A DNA stretch of 61,565 bases, from IMG/VR virus record IMGVR_UViG_3300044941_000051, positions 1 to 61,565 of that record; one strand, 5' to 3'. The number at the start of each line of letters is the position of its first letter. The first letter of the stretch is position 1. The notes beneath the pieces were generated by a model. That model ran no database searches. It saw nothing but the letters and a program-made list of their open reading frames with translations, and was not told the origin of the DNA. Positions 1 to 9,724 of the stretch are shown piece by piece. Origin of the DNA: a virus. Taxonomy: Duplodnaviria; Caudoviricetes. Made by a program: the position numbers and the translations under genes.

Positions 1-120
<120 letters not shown>

Positions 121-166
121 GCGGCGCTGCATATCATGCGGCGTGATATGGGCCAGGTGCAGACAC

Positions 167-199
167 AAAAAAAACCCCGCCGGTCGCCCGGCGGGGTTT
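167..199 (-). terminator. Rho-independent terminator for the leftward 3-gene unit
   Basis: CCCCGCCGG-tcgc-CCGGCGGGG stem next to an A8 run (U-tract on the - strand). Confidence 0.75.
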
Positions 200-213
200 C
201 ATACAGATCGGAA

Positions 214-432
214 CTAGGTGTCCAGCGAGTAATAACACACCGTGTAAGGTTTAGACCACAAGCCTTCTGGCTCTTGCGGAACACTGAGCTCTTTGCAGAG
301 AATGGTCGCGATGTGGTCGTTAAACCGGGTTGCGAGATCCGGATAGCATGTCCAGCCGCTGGACGCGTCAAGGTAGAAGCGGGTACCGCAAGGGCTGTCG
401 CAGCAAACGGCGTTGGCATTATAGGCACTCAT
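214..432 (-). CDS. Hypothetical protein (72 aa, MSAYNANAVCC...)
   Basis: ATG at 432 with AAGGA upstream; lies between two hairpins. Confidence 0.5.
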   Translation of the reverse strand: MSAYNANAVCCDSPCGTRFYLDASSGWTCYPDLATRFNDHIATILCKELSVPQEPEGLWSKPYTVCYYSLDT

Positions 433-496
433 GGCAGTGATCCTTGTGTGTGAGGGGAGGGAAACCCCGCCGGTCACCCGGCGGGGCTTGGTGGTG

Positions 497-700
497 TTAG
501 GCCAATTCAAGTTGTGGAAAACGGCCATCGGCGTCCGACGTAAAGAGCCGCATGACACCGTCATGTTTTGCCCGGATCCAGATGCGATGCGGATATTTGT
601 CCGGCGCTAGTGAAAAGCTAGAGCAATGTTCGGTAACAAACAGTATCTCGCCAGTTGTGACGATCCGAACATGCTTGCCAGGTCCAAGTACATATTTCAT
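497..700 (-). CDS. Hypothetical protein (67 aa)
   Basis: ORF with GGAAAGGAAA RBS; hairpin follows the stop. Confidence 0.6.
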   Translation of the reverse strand: MKYVLGPGKHVRIVTTGEILFVTEHCSSFSLAPDKYPHRIWIRAKHDGVMRLFTSDADGRFPQLELA

Positions 701-760
701 GGCGTTTCCTTTCCGTGGGATTGATGGGAGCCCCGCCGGGTGACCGGCGGGGCTTGGTGT

Positions 761-1411
761 TCATTTCTTATTCGGCGTGCTGAGCTTGAGGCCCAGTTCC
801 TGCTGGGCGCGATGGATGCTGAGCATCGCGGCCTTGGCCCGCGGCGGTTCAATCACTGCATCCTCGCCCTTGCTGTGCTGGTTGTGCAAGGCCTGAAAGG
901 CCTTGTCCAAGTAGTTGCCGATCACGTCGAGCGCGGTGTTGCGAGCCCGTTCCGTGCCGATAGCATCCAACGCGTTCAGAAACCGCTTCAACGCTTCAGT
1001 CGATTTCTGACGCAGGAGCGTCGCGGCTTTCTTGTGTTCCGGCTTATCCGACAACCAGATGACCTTCTCTTCAGCGGTCAGGTAGTCGTGGGCCCACGCC
1101 AGCGACATTTCCTGCCAATCGGCCGGCTGGGCACTGCCCTTGCCCGCGCTGCGCGGGAGCTTGGCAACCCCGGCGGCGCCGCCGATGGCGTCGTAGAAGG
1201 CCCGGACCTTGGCGGCGTAGGTCACTTTAGCACGATCGCCCAACCCCGACGTGCTGGCGCACTCGCTGAACAGGTCACGCTGGGTGTTGGACAGGATGAA
1301 GCCGGTCTGTGCCACGTCCTGCGCCACGGGCGCCACGTCCGGCGCCACGTCCTGCGCCACGGGCGCCACGTCCTGCGCCACGGGCGCTTTCGGTTTCGTC
1401 TTGGTCGTCAT
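761..1411 (-). CDS. Hypothetical protein with N-terminal VAQDVAP repeats
   Basis: 216-aa ORF, AAGGGA RBS, 21-bp tandem repeats at about 1311-1385. Confidence 0.75.
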   Translation of the reverse strand: MTTKTKPKAPVAQDVAPVAQDVAPDVAPVAQDVAQTGFILSNTQRDLFSECASTSGLGDRAKVTYAAKVRAFYDAIGGAAGVAKLPRSAGKGSAQPADWQEMSLAWAHDYLTAEEKVIWLSDKPEHKKAATLLRQKSTEALKRFLNALDAIGTERARNTALDVIGNYLDKAFQALHNQHSKGEDAVIEPPRAKAAMLSIHRAQQELGLKLSTPNKK

Positions 1412-1624
1412 TGTCTGATCCCTTTCCAGACTGCATCAGCTTGGCACCATTGCCCTGCCGATAACATCTTATACCATGGCGCGAAACCCCGCGCGCAATC
1501 TTTTCCGCTATACCACGCCGCGTGATATGTTTCTTATGCGCGCCGCGACCCCACTATGGGGGCACCCCCAGCTGTGGGGATTTTGGACGATGTGCTATAC
1601 AATACTAATACGCTCGAATAACCA

Positions 1625-1846
1625 CAAAAAAGAACAAAAATCGAACGGCGCTCTCGGCGCTCTCGGCGTTATAAAAAATCAAACACCCCCCTGCGCTCTC
1701 GGCGCTCTCGGCGCTATAAAAAAGAACAAAAATCGAACGGCGCTCTCGGCGCTCTCGGCGCTATAAAAAAGAACAAAAATCGAACGGCGCTCTCGGCGTT
1801 ATAAAAAATCAAACACCCCCCCCTGCGCTCTCGGCGCGCTCGGCAG
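1625..1846. repeat. Composite direct-repeat array (GGCGCTCTC units alternating with A-tracts)
   Basis: AAAAAGAACAAAAATCGAACGGCGCTCTCGGCG x3 and TTATAAAAAATCAAACACCCCCC x2 upstream of the packaging genes. Confidence 0.9.
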
Positions 1847-1899
1847 CCCCCACCCTACCCCTCTTTCCAAACCCACCCTTGTTATATAGAATACCCCTT

Positions 1900-2457
1900 A
1901 TGACGCTGCATCTCGACATCGACGAGGGCGTGCCGGTGCCGCCCAGGGATGACCTGAAGGCACAGGGCGACCTGCTGCGATCTGCGAAGGCTGCTGTGAA
2001 CGCTGCGCGGCTGCTGGCCGAGCACGGGCTGCTGATGCCCGCCCCCTCGGAGGAAGACAAGGTTGCGTCGGCCGGGCTTGTGGCTGCTTACGCCGCGGAC
2101 CCTGACACCACATCCAGGGCTGCTACACCCATCCGCATGGGGAAGATGACCCCGGCAGCCCTGCAGCTCACTGCCGACATGCTGGAGCAGTTCGGCCACA
2201 AGATCGTCGAGGACGCGGTGCAAGTGCGTCACCTCGTGATGAACAAGCTGCTGATAGAGACGGACAACCCCGACGCGCGGATCCGTATTCGTGCCCTCGA
2301 GATGCTGGGCAAGATCACGGACGTCGGCCTGTTCACCGAGCGTAGCGAGGTCATGGTAACGCACCAGACGGCGGACGACCTGCGGGAGCGGCTGCGGTCC
2401 CGGCTCGCCGAGCTGAAAGATGTTACCCCGAAGCGGGAAGAAGACGAAAAAAACTGA
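1900..2457 (+). CDS. Putative terminase small subunit
   Basis: Helical 185-aa protein upstream of TerL with a RIRALEMLGKITDVGLFTER segment typical of TerS C-termini. Confidence 0.6.
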   Translation: MTLHLDIDEGVPVPPRDDLKAQGDLLRSAKAAVNAARLLAEHGLLMPAPSEEDKVASAGLVAAYAADPDTTSRAATPIRMGKMTPAALQLTADMLEQFGHKIVEDAVQVRHLVMNKLLIETDNPDARIRIRALEMLGKITDVGLFTERSEVMVTHQTADDLRERLRSRLAELKDVTPKREEDEKN

Positions 2458-2559
2458 AAACGCAGTGGGCGTCGCGCCCTCGGCGCGGAAAGATGTTACC
2501 CCAAAGTGGGAAGAAGACGAAGTGAACAAAGTGAACAAAGTGGGCGAAGCGAGCGAAGA

Positions 2560-2847
2560 ATGAGCGAAGCTAACATCGTGCCCTTGCGCCCTGGCGCGCG
2601 GCCTGACATCACTCTGCAAGCCAAAGAGCCCCACGAGGGCGTCATCCGCTATCTCGAACGGTTGCTGCAGGAAGCTCGTGCCGGAGATATCGTCGGCATC
2701 GCCACGGCCCACCACGGGCCCGACTTCCGTGCGGTCTACGGCATCGTGGGCTTCATCGGCGGCTATTCGATGCAGGGTGCCCTGCAGTGCGCCCTGACGG
2801 AAGTGATCGACTTGAATATGAGCCGCAGCGATCTGGAAGAAGAGTGA
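2560..2847 (+). CDS. Hypothetical protein (95 aa)
   Basis: ORF between TerS and TerL; start context nearly identical to that of TerL. Confidence 0.65.
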   Translation: MSEANIVPLRPGARPDITLQAKEPHEGVIRYLERLLQEARAGDIVGIATAHHGPDFRAVYGIVGFIGGYSMQGALQCALTEVIDLNMSRSDLEEE

Positions 2848-2863
2848 GCAAAGCGAGCGAAGC

Positions 2864-5470
2864 ATGAGCGAAGCGGTCTTCACCGCTGAGGAAATCGACC
2901 TGCTCCTGCAGAACGTCGACCGGCTCTCCGATGCCGAAGTGGCGGAGCTGCACAGGCTCGTCGAAGACTACGCAGAGCAGCAGAAAATCCACCGCCTCCA
3001 AACCGATCTCATCGCTTTCTGCCAGCACATGCAGGACGACTACAAGGTCGGTGCACACCACAAGCGGCTCGCTGCACTGTTGGAAGACATAGAAAGTGGA
3101 AGGAAGGACCGCATTTGCGTGTCCCTGGCTCCGCGCCACGGCAAGCAGCTTGCGCATGATACGTTGGTACCCACTCCACAAGGGTATAGACGACACGGAG
3201 ACCTCCGTCCCGGCGACTATGTGTTCGGTTTGGATGGGAAACCCACCCGAGTCGTCGCCATCGCACCCGAGACCGTGCAAGATGTCGAGGTCGAGTTCTC
3301 CAACGGAGAGGTTATACGGTGCCACGAAAACCACGAATGGGCCGTGCTGGATAGTCGGAAAAACCAAAACAGCCGGAAAGTCGAAGTTCATGAGACCCGC
3401 GTGTTGGAGGCGTATGTGTGGCGTGGTCCGGGAGGCGTGCGGGGGTCTCGCGCCGTTTGGCAGCTGCCCGACGCGGAGCCGTTGGAGTACCCCGAGCAAC
3501 AGCTACCCCTGCACCCCTACGCGTTGGGGGTCTGGCTTGGGGATGGCGCAACCACAGCACCCGCAGTGACCGGGGTTGACCAGGAGCTGTTCCAGGCGTT
3601 TGCTCGTGTGACCGGGTACCACGAGACAATGCGGGTTGTTCATGCGACCACCGGGGTAACGACGGTAGCCTATGGGGGGCCGCGCCCCAACGTCCGAGGT
3701 CAGCTCTCCCAAGCCCTGTTTGACTTGGGTCTTCTGGGTAAGAACCGCACGGGTCGGAAGGCCATACCCGAACAGTACAAGCGGTCTAGCCAGGAGCAGC
3801 GCATGCAACTCCTTGCGGGCCTGATGGACACGGATGGGCATGTCGAGGCAAGGACCGGCAGGTGCCGGATCGTGGTGGCATCGGCCAGTCTTGCGGAGGA
3901 TATAAGAGAGCTCGTGGTCGGGCTTGGCTTCAGGGGCTATGTGACGCAACAGGAACCCACACTGTCAAGCTCCGGTGTACAGGGGCGCAGCACCGTCTAT
4001 ACCGTAGGGTTTCAGCCAACCGAGCCTCTGCCGTGCGTGCTGAGCCGGAAGCGCCCTGCGACCTTTTCAATGCGTCGCAAGATTTCAATCAGAGCCATTC
4101 GCAGAGTCGAGCCGCACTTGGGCCGGTGCATTCAGGTTGACCGGGCGGACGGGCTCTATCTCGTCGGTAAAACCCACATACCGACCCATAACTCCCAGCT
4201 TGTCTCAATCTACTTCGCCGCATGGTACATCGGCAAGAACCCCACACATAAGGTCATGCTGGTTTCGCACACGACAGACCTTGCGGTCGACTTCGGGCGA
4301 AAGATCAGAAACCTCGTCGCCACCGAAAAGTACAAAGAAGTCTTCCCCGGCGTCACGCTTGCCCCCGACAGCAAGAGTGCCGGTAGGTGGAATACGAACA
4401 TGGGCGGCGAGTTTTTCGCAGCCGGGGTCGGTGCCGCACTCGCCGGGCGCGGCGCACACATGCTGATTATCGACGACCCACATAGCGAACAGGACGTGCT
4501 GTCAGGGAACTTCTCTACCTTCCAGAAAGCTTACGAGTGGTTCACTTTCGGCGCACGCACGCGACTGATGCCCGGGGGTAAAGTCGCAATCGTCGCGACG
4601 CGCTGGGCACCGCACGACCTCATTGGCCGTGTCATCGGTGACATGGCGAAGCAGAATGGTGCCGATCAGTACGAAATCTTCGAGTTTCCGGCTATTTTGG
4701 AGGTTGAAAAGACCGACGAGGCCACAGGCGAGGTCAAGATAGTACAAAAGGCACTGTGGCCGGAGTTCTTCGACCTGCCCGCCCTGCTGCGGACCAAGGC
4801 GTCGATGCCTGCGTACCAGTGGAATGCCCAATACCAGCAGCAGCCCACTGCCGAAGAGGCCGCCATCATCAAGCGGGAGTGGTGGCGCAAATGGGAGCGG
4901 GAGCAGCCGCCCCGCTGCGACTACGTCATCATGACTATCGACGCCGCGGCCGAGGCCCACAACCGTGCCGACTACACGGCTATCACCGTCTGGGGGGTGT
5001 TCGACAACGAGACGGAAGGCAACCGCGCCATCATCCTGCTCCATTCGGTCAAGGAGCGGTACGAGTTCCCCGAGCTGAAGCGGCAGACACTGCAGATGTA
5101 TCGCGACTGGGAGCCCGACGCATTCATCGTCGAGAAGAAGTCCGCTGGCGTCGCCTTGTACCAGGAGCTGCGGCGCATGGGCATCCCTGTGCAGGAGTAC
5201 ACTCCGCACCGTGGAAGCGGAGACAAGACCGCGCGCCTCAATAGCGTGGCCGACATCGTCTCTTCCGGCGTGGTCTGGGTGCCGGACAGGCGCTGGGCGG
5301 AAGAACTCGTCGAAGAGATCGCGGCTTTCCCGTTCGGGCCCCATGACGACCTGGTCGACGCTACGACAATCGCGCTCATGCGGTTCCGCCAGGGCGGGTT
5401 CATCGCACTGCCGACAGATGAGTTGGACGAGGATAAGTTCGCGTTGCCCCGCAAAGCGGACTACTATTGA
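2864..5470 (+). CDS. terL: Terminase large subunit, intein-containing
   Basis: Walker A PRHGK|S split by an intein, Walker B LIIDDP, nuclease motifs IVEKKSAG and HDDLVDA. Confidence 0.95.
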   Translation: MSEAVFTAEEIDLLLQNVDRLSDAEVAELHRLVEDYAEQQKIHRLQTDLIAFCQHMQDDYKVGAHHKRLAALLEDIESGRKDRICVSLAPRHGKQLAHDTLVPTPQGYRRHGDLRPGDYVFGLDGKPTRVVAIAPETVQDVEVEFSNGEVIRCHENHEWAVLDSRKNQNSRKVEVHETRVLEAYVWRGPGGVRGSRAVWQLPDAEPLEYPEQQLPLHPYALGVWLGDGATTAPAVTGVDQELFQAFARVTGYHETMRVVHATTGVTTVAYGGPRPNVRGQLSQALFDLGLLGKNRTGRKAIPEQYKRSSQEQRMQLLAGLMDTDGHVEARTGRCRIVVASASLAEDIRELVVGLGFRGYVTQQEPTLSSSGVQGRSTVYTVGFQPTEPLPCVLSRKRPATFSMRRKISIRAIRRVEPHLGRCIQVDRADGLYLVGKTHIPTHNSQLVSIYFAAWYIGKNPTHKVMLVSHTTDLAVDFGRKIRNLVATEKYKEVFPGVTLAPDSKSAGRWNTNMGGEFFAAGVGAALAGRGAHMLIIDDPHSEQDVLSGNFSTFQKAYEWFTFGARTRLMPGGKVAIVATRWAPHDLIGRVIGDMAKQNGADQYEIFEFPAILEVEKTDEATGEVKIVQKALWPEFFDLPALLRTKASMPAYQWNAQYQQQPTAEEAAIIKREWWRKWEREQPPRCDYVIMTIDAAAEAHNRADYTAITVWGVFDNETEGNRAIILLHSVKERYEFPELKRQTLQMYRDWEPDAFIVEKKSAGVALYQELRRMGIPVQEYTPHRGSGDKTARLNSVADIVSSGVVWVPDRRWAEELVEEIAAFPFGPHDDLVDATTIALMRFRQGGFIALPTDELDEDKFALPRKADYY
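3146..4192 (+). mobile_element. Intein (349 aa) with LAGLIDADG homing endonuclease, class 3 signature
   Basis: Starts QLAHDT, ends IPTHN followed by Ser; LGVWLGDG and LAGLMDTDG motifs; Trp in block B, Cys in block F, Thr in block G. Confidence 0.92.
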
Positions 5471-5550
5471 AGTAGGTGGCGTTGCGAGCGCCCCGCTGGG
5501 GCGCGACGAGGATAAGTTCGCGTTGCCCCGCAAAGCGGACTACTATTGAA
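5426..5550 (+). repeat. 46-bp exact direct duplication of the terL 3' end
   Basis: GACGAGGATAAG...CTACTATTGAA at 5426-5471 and 5505-5550. Confidence 0.95.
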
Positions 5551-5601
5551 ATAAGTGCCCGCGTGGTACACACGGCGGAGCTGTGTGAAGGAGCGAACGA
5601 A

Positions 5602-8181
5602 GTGAACGTCGACAAGCCCTTGGTGCCGTTCCGGCCTCCGTACGACCCCGAGACCGGTGCGCCGACGGGTGCTTCCGACGCCCCCGGCGCTCTCGGCGCC
5701 CCCGGCGCTCTCGACGTTTCCATCGAGCTCGAACTTGCTCCGGGAAGTGTTAGTGTGGCGCTCGACGGAGACGACCTCGTCATCGAGTTCGGCCCGAAGG
5801 ACCCTGGTGCTTCCGGTAGCCCCGACGACCACACGGCCAACCTTGCCGAATACCTCGAAGACAGCGAGCTGCAGAGCCTGGCCTCGGAGCTCGTGGCCGA
5901 TTTCGAAGAAGACCTGCGCAGCCGGGAGGCCTGGGCACGTGCCTACGTGCAAGGACTCGACCTGCTGGGGATGAAGATCGAGGAGCGAACGCAGCCTTGG
6001 GCCGGGGCGTCCGGGGTGTTCCACCCGATGCTCGCCGAGTCCGCCGTGCGGTTTCAGGCGCAGGCCATGAGCGAGATGATGCCGGCCGGGGGACCCGTCG
6101 GCACAAAGATCATCGGCAAGATGACGCGAGAGCGCGCCGAACAGGCCGTGCGGGTCAAGTCCGAGCTGAACTACCTCATCACCGAGGAGATGTCCGAGTA
6201 CCGGGAAGAGATGGAGGCGCTGACATTCCGGCTTCCGCTGGCCGGCTCCGCCTTCAAGAAAGTCTACTACGACCCGGTCGAGGACCAGCCCGTTGCCGTA
6301 TTCGTGCCAGCGGAAGACTTCGTGGTCTCCTACGGTGCCTCCAGCCTCAAGCGGTGTCCGCGGTATACGCATGTTATGCGCAAATACCCGAACGAGGTCA
6401 GGAAACTGCAGGTCGAGGGCTTCTATCGTGATGTCGAGCTGCCGGAACCGGCGGCAGAGATCAGCGACATCCAGGAGAAGTACAACGAGCTGTCCGGGGC
6501 CGAGGTCTCGGCGAGCGACGACGACCGGCACATGCTGCTGGAGATGCACGTCGACATCGACCTGCCTGAACCCTTCGCCGACCCCGATGGGGTGGCACGC
6601 CCCTACGTCGTCACAATCGACAAGTCGTCGCGCACCATCCTCTCTATTCGCCGAAATTGGTACGAGGACGACCCGCGCAAGCGCAAGCGCATGCACTTTG
6701 TGCATTACCTCTACCTCCCCGGTATGGGCTTCTACGGTATCGGGCTTATCCATCTGCTTGGTGGGCTGGCGAAGGCGTCGACATCCATCCTGCGGCAGCT
6801 GATCGACGCGGGCACGCTGGCGAACCTGCAGGCAGGGTTCAAGGCTCGGGGTGCCAGGGTCAAGGGCGACAACACCCCACTGATGCCGGGCGAGTTCCGG
6901 GACGTGGACGTGCCGAGCGGGGCGCTTAAGGACGCCATCATGCCCCTGCCGTTCAAGGAGCCCTCGCAGACGCTGTACCAGCTGCTAGGCAACCTGGTCG
7001 ACGAGGGCCGCAGGATCGGGTCCGTCGCCGATATCCAGGTCGGCGACATCAGTAACAACGCGCCGGTGGGCACCACGCTGGCGCTCATGGAGCGCTCGCT
7101 CAAGGTCATGTCGGGCGTGCAGGCGCGGATGCACGCGGCCCAGGGCAAGGAGCTGAAGCTGCTCGCGCGGGTCGTGCACGACTTCATGGGCCCCAAGTAC
7201 AGGTTCGATGTCGGCGGAGACTTCAACCGGCAAAAAGATTTCGATGTCGAAACCATCGACGTGGTGCCCGTGTCGGACCCCAACGCTTCCACCATGGCCC
7301 AGCGCATCATGCAGTACCAGGCCGCGCTGCAGCTCTCCCAGCAAGCGCCGCAGTTGTACGATCTCGCTCGACTGCACCGGCAGATGCTCGAGGTGCTGGG
7401 TATCCAGGACGCGGGCGACATCGTGAAACTCGCCGACGAGCTGAAGCCGATGGACCCCGTGGCCGAGAACATGGCTATCCTGGTCCAGTCGCCGGTGAAG
7501 GCACATCAGTACCAGGACCACGAGGCGCACATTGCTGTGCATATCGCTGCGGCGCAGGATCCGAAGATCCAGCAGATGGTCGGGCAGTCTCCGTTCGCAA
7601 GCGCTATCCAGGCAACCATGGCCGCGCACATCACCGAGCACCTCGCCATGCAGTACCGCAAGGAGATCGAGAAGAAGCTCGGGGTGCCGCTGCCGCCGGA
7701 AGGCAAGCCGCTGCCGGAGGACGTCGAGGTCGAGCTGTCGCGCGCTGTGGCGCTCGCCGCGGACAAGCTGCTGCGTCAGAGCATGGCCGAGGCTGCACAA
7801 CAGCAGGCCGAGCAGGCCGAGCAGGACCCGCTCACCCAGATCCAGCGCAAGGAGCTCGAGCTGAAGGAGCTCGAGCTGCAGCACAAGATGGAGATGGACA
7901 AGCAGAAGCTCGTGCTCGAAGGACTCAGGGCCGGCGGGAACCTGGCCGTGCGCCGCGAGGAGATTGCCTCGGCCGACGAGCGCGAAGCCGCGCGGGTCGG
8001 TGTCCGTCTGGCTACGCAGGTCATCAGCACCGCGGGCGACGAGACTCTGGCGTCCATCAAGGCCGGTGTCGAGCTGGCCAAGGCCGCTCACGCGGGCCTC
8101 ATCAACCGAGACGACAACAAGGCCAGGAGCGACTCCACGACACCGAAGATCGGCCCTGGCGGCGAGGGTGCGCCTGAATGA
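5602..8181 (+). CDS. Portal protein
   Basis: Follows terL; podovirus portal-like motifs (LPLAGSAFKKVYYD, GFYGIGLIHLLGG); GTG start with GAAGGAG RBS. Confidence 0.88.
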   Translation: MNVDKPLVPFRPPYDPETGAPTGASDAPGALGAPGALDVSIELELAPGSVSVALDGDDLVIEFGPKDPGASGSPDDHTANLAEYLEDSELQSLASELVADFEEDLRSREAWARAYVQGLDLLGMKIEERTQPWAGASGVFHPMLAESAVRFQAQAMSEMMPAGGPVGTKIIGKMTRERAEQAVRVKSELNYLITEEMSEYREEMEALTFRLPLAGSAFKKVYYDPVEDQPVAVFVPAEDFVVSYGASSLKRCPRYTHVMRKYPNEVRKLQVEGFYRDVELPEPAAEISDIQEKYNELSGAEVSASDDDRHMLLEMHVDIDLPEPFADPDGVARPYVVTIDKSSRTILSIRRNWYEDDPRKRKRMHFVHYLYLPGMGFYGIGLIHLLGGLAKASTSILRQLIDAGTLANLQAGFKARGARVKGDNTPLMPGEFRDVDVPSGALKDAIMPLPFKEPSQTLYQLLGNLVDEGRRIGSVADIQVGDISNNAPVGTTLALMERSLKVMSGVQARMHAAQGKELKLLARVVHDFMGPKYRFDVGGDFNRQKDFDVETIDVVPVSDPNASTMAQRIMQYQAALQLSQQAPQLYDLARLHRQMLEVLGIQDAGDIVKLADELKPMDPVAENMAILVQSPVKAHQYQDHEAHIAVHIAAAQDPKIQQMVGQSPFASAIQATMAAHITEHLAMQYRKEIEKKLGVPLPPEGKPLPEDVEVELSRAVALAADKLLRQSMAEAAQQQAEQAEQDPLTQIQRKELELKELELQHKMEMDKQKLVLEGLRAGGNLAVRREEIASADEREAARVGVRLATQVISTAGDETLASIKAGVELAKAAHAGLINRDDNKARSDSTTPKIGPGGEGAPE

Positions 8182-8360
8182 ACGCGTTCCAGCTCATCTA
8201 CCGGTACATTCGGGAGCGCGAGGAGACCCTCGCGCAACACCTGACTGAGGGCTCCGTGCAGACTATGGAGCAGTACCGCCAGACCATCGGGGCTCTCAAG
8301 GAGCTCAAGATGCTGACCGAAGAGGTCAAGGATATAGAACGTCGAGCTATCGACGAATAG
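8178..8360 (+). CDS. Small hypothetical protein (60 aa)
   Basis: ATGA overlap with the portal stop. Confidence 0.7.
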   Translation: MNAFQLIYRYIREREETLAQHLTEGSVQTMEQYRQTIGALKELKMLTEEVKDIERRAIDE

Positions 8361-8418
8361 GCTTCGCGGGTTGTCCGCGCAGGGGTCGGCGCACCCGCAA
8401 TGTCGCCGTGAGGACGTG

Positions 8419-8787
8419 ATGTACAAGATCGCGCAGATTGAAGACGAGGCAATCGTAACGCAGCTGCCTGAGCCGTCGGGCTACCGCCTGCTGATCGCCA
8501 TACCTGAAGTCGAAGAGAAGACCGACGGGGGTGTGTATCTACCGGACAGGCTGAAGGACCTGGAGAAAACGGCCTCCGTGCTGGGGTTCGTGGTCAAGAT
8601 GGGCCCCGATGCCTACCGTGACGAGGCGAAGTTTCCGACCGGCCCCTGGTGCAAGGAGGGCGATTTTGTCGTGTTCCGCTCCTATTCCGGCACACGGTTC
8701 AAGCTCCGCGGTAAGGAGTTTCGCATTATCAACGACGACACTGTCGAGGCAGTTGTCGATGACCCCCGCGGCTTTTCCCGCGCATGA
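8419..8787 (+). CDS. groES: GroES-like co-chaperonin
   Basis: PSGYRLLI, KTDGGVYLP mobile loop, CKEGDFVVFRSYSGT, FRIINDDTVEAVV. Confidence 0.88.
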   Translation: MYKIAQIEDEAIVTQLPEPSGYRLLIAIPEVEEKTDGGVYLPDRLKDLEKTASVLGFVVKMGPDAYRDEAKFPTGPWCKEGDFVVFRSYSGTRFKLRGKEFRIINDDTVEAVVDDPRGFSRA

Positions 8788-8797
8788 GGACTGAGCA

Positions 8798-9724
8798 ATG
8801 ACCCAGAACGGCAACGAACAGAACGAAGAGCTGCGCGTCGAGGTCGATGAGGAGACCCCGGCGCCGGCGCCGGAGCCGAAACCCGCACCCCAGCCGGTCA
8901 AAGCGGCTGAAGGCGCCGACGACGATGACCTCAGCCAGTACGGTGAGAAGGTTCAGAAGCGCATCGGCAAGCTGATCTACGAGAAGAACCAGGAGCGGCG
9001 CCAGCGCGAAGAGGCCCTGCAGCTGCAGGAGGAAGCGGTCAGGTACGCCGAGTTGGTTGCGAGGGAGAACGCGGAGCTTAAGAGGAAGCTCGGTGAGGGG
9101 CAGACCTCTGCGTTGGCCGAGACCAAGGCACGGCTCGAAGCAGAGCTCGTCAGTGCGAAGGTGGCGTTCAAGCAGGCGTACGAGGCCGGTGACTCCGAGG
9201 CTGTAGCGGAGGCGCAGATCAAGATCGCAGAGCTGACTTCGCGCAAATCGCAGCTCGACGCCACTGCCGCACAGCACGCCGATCGGGTTGCCGAGAAACC
9301 CGCCGCGATACCGGCGCCCACGCCGGCTCGAACGCAGCCTCTAAGGCCCCAGGTCGATGAGCGTGCGCTACGCTGGGCGGCTGAGAATCCATGGTTCGGG
9401 CGGGACTATGCGATGACCGGATACGCTGCCGGGTTCGCTGAAGACCTGGTTGCGTCGGGGGTTGATCCGCGGTCAGAAGCGTATTATACTGCCGTCGACG
9501 AAGAACTCAGGAGACGTTTTCCTGAGAAGTTCGGTATCCCCGGCCGGGACGTTGTCGTCTCTCAGCCGCGCACAACGGGCAACGTGGTCGCCCCTACGTC
9601 TCGCGACGTGAAAGCTCCGCGTACGGTCCGGCTGAGCCCATCAGCCGTTGCATTGGCCAGACGCCTTGGCCTGACCCCCGAACAGTACGCAGCCCAGGTT
9701 CTCAAGGAACAGCAAGATGGATAG
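8798..9724 (+). CDS. Putative capsid scaffolding protein
   Basis: Acidic coiled coil, WAAENPWFG motif, C-terminal ARRLGLTPEQYA; position before capsid genes. Confidence 0.7.
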   Translation: MTQNGNEQNEELRVEVDEETPAPAPEPKPAPQPVKAAEGADDDDLSQYGEKVQKRIGKLIYEKNQERRQREEALQLQEEAVRYAELVARENAELKRKLGEGQTSALAETKARLEAELVSAKVAFKQAYEAGDSEAVAEAQIKIAELTSRKSQLDATAAQHADRVAEKPAAIPAPTPARTQPLRPQVDERALRWAAENPWFGRDYAMTGYAAGFAEDLVASGVDPRSEAYYTAVDEELRRRFPEKFGIPGRDVVVSQPRTTGNVVAPTSRDVKAPRTVRLSPSAVALARRLGLTPEQYAAQVLKEQQDG

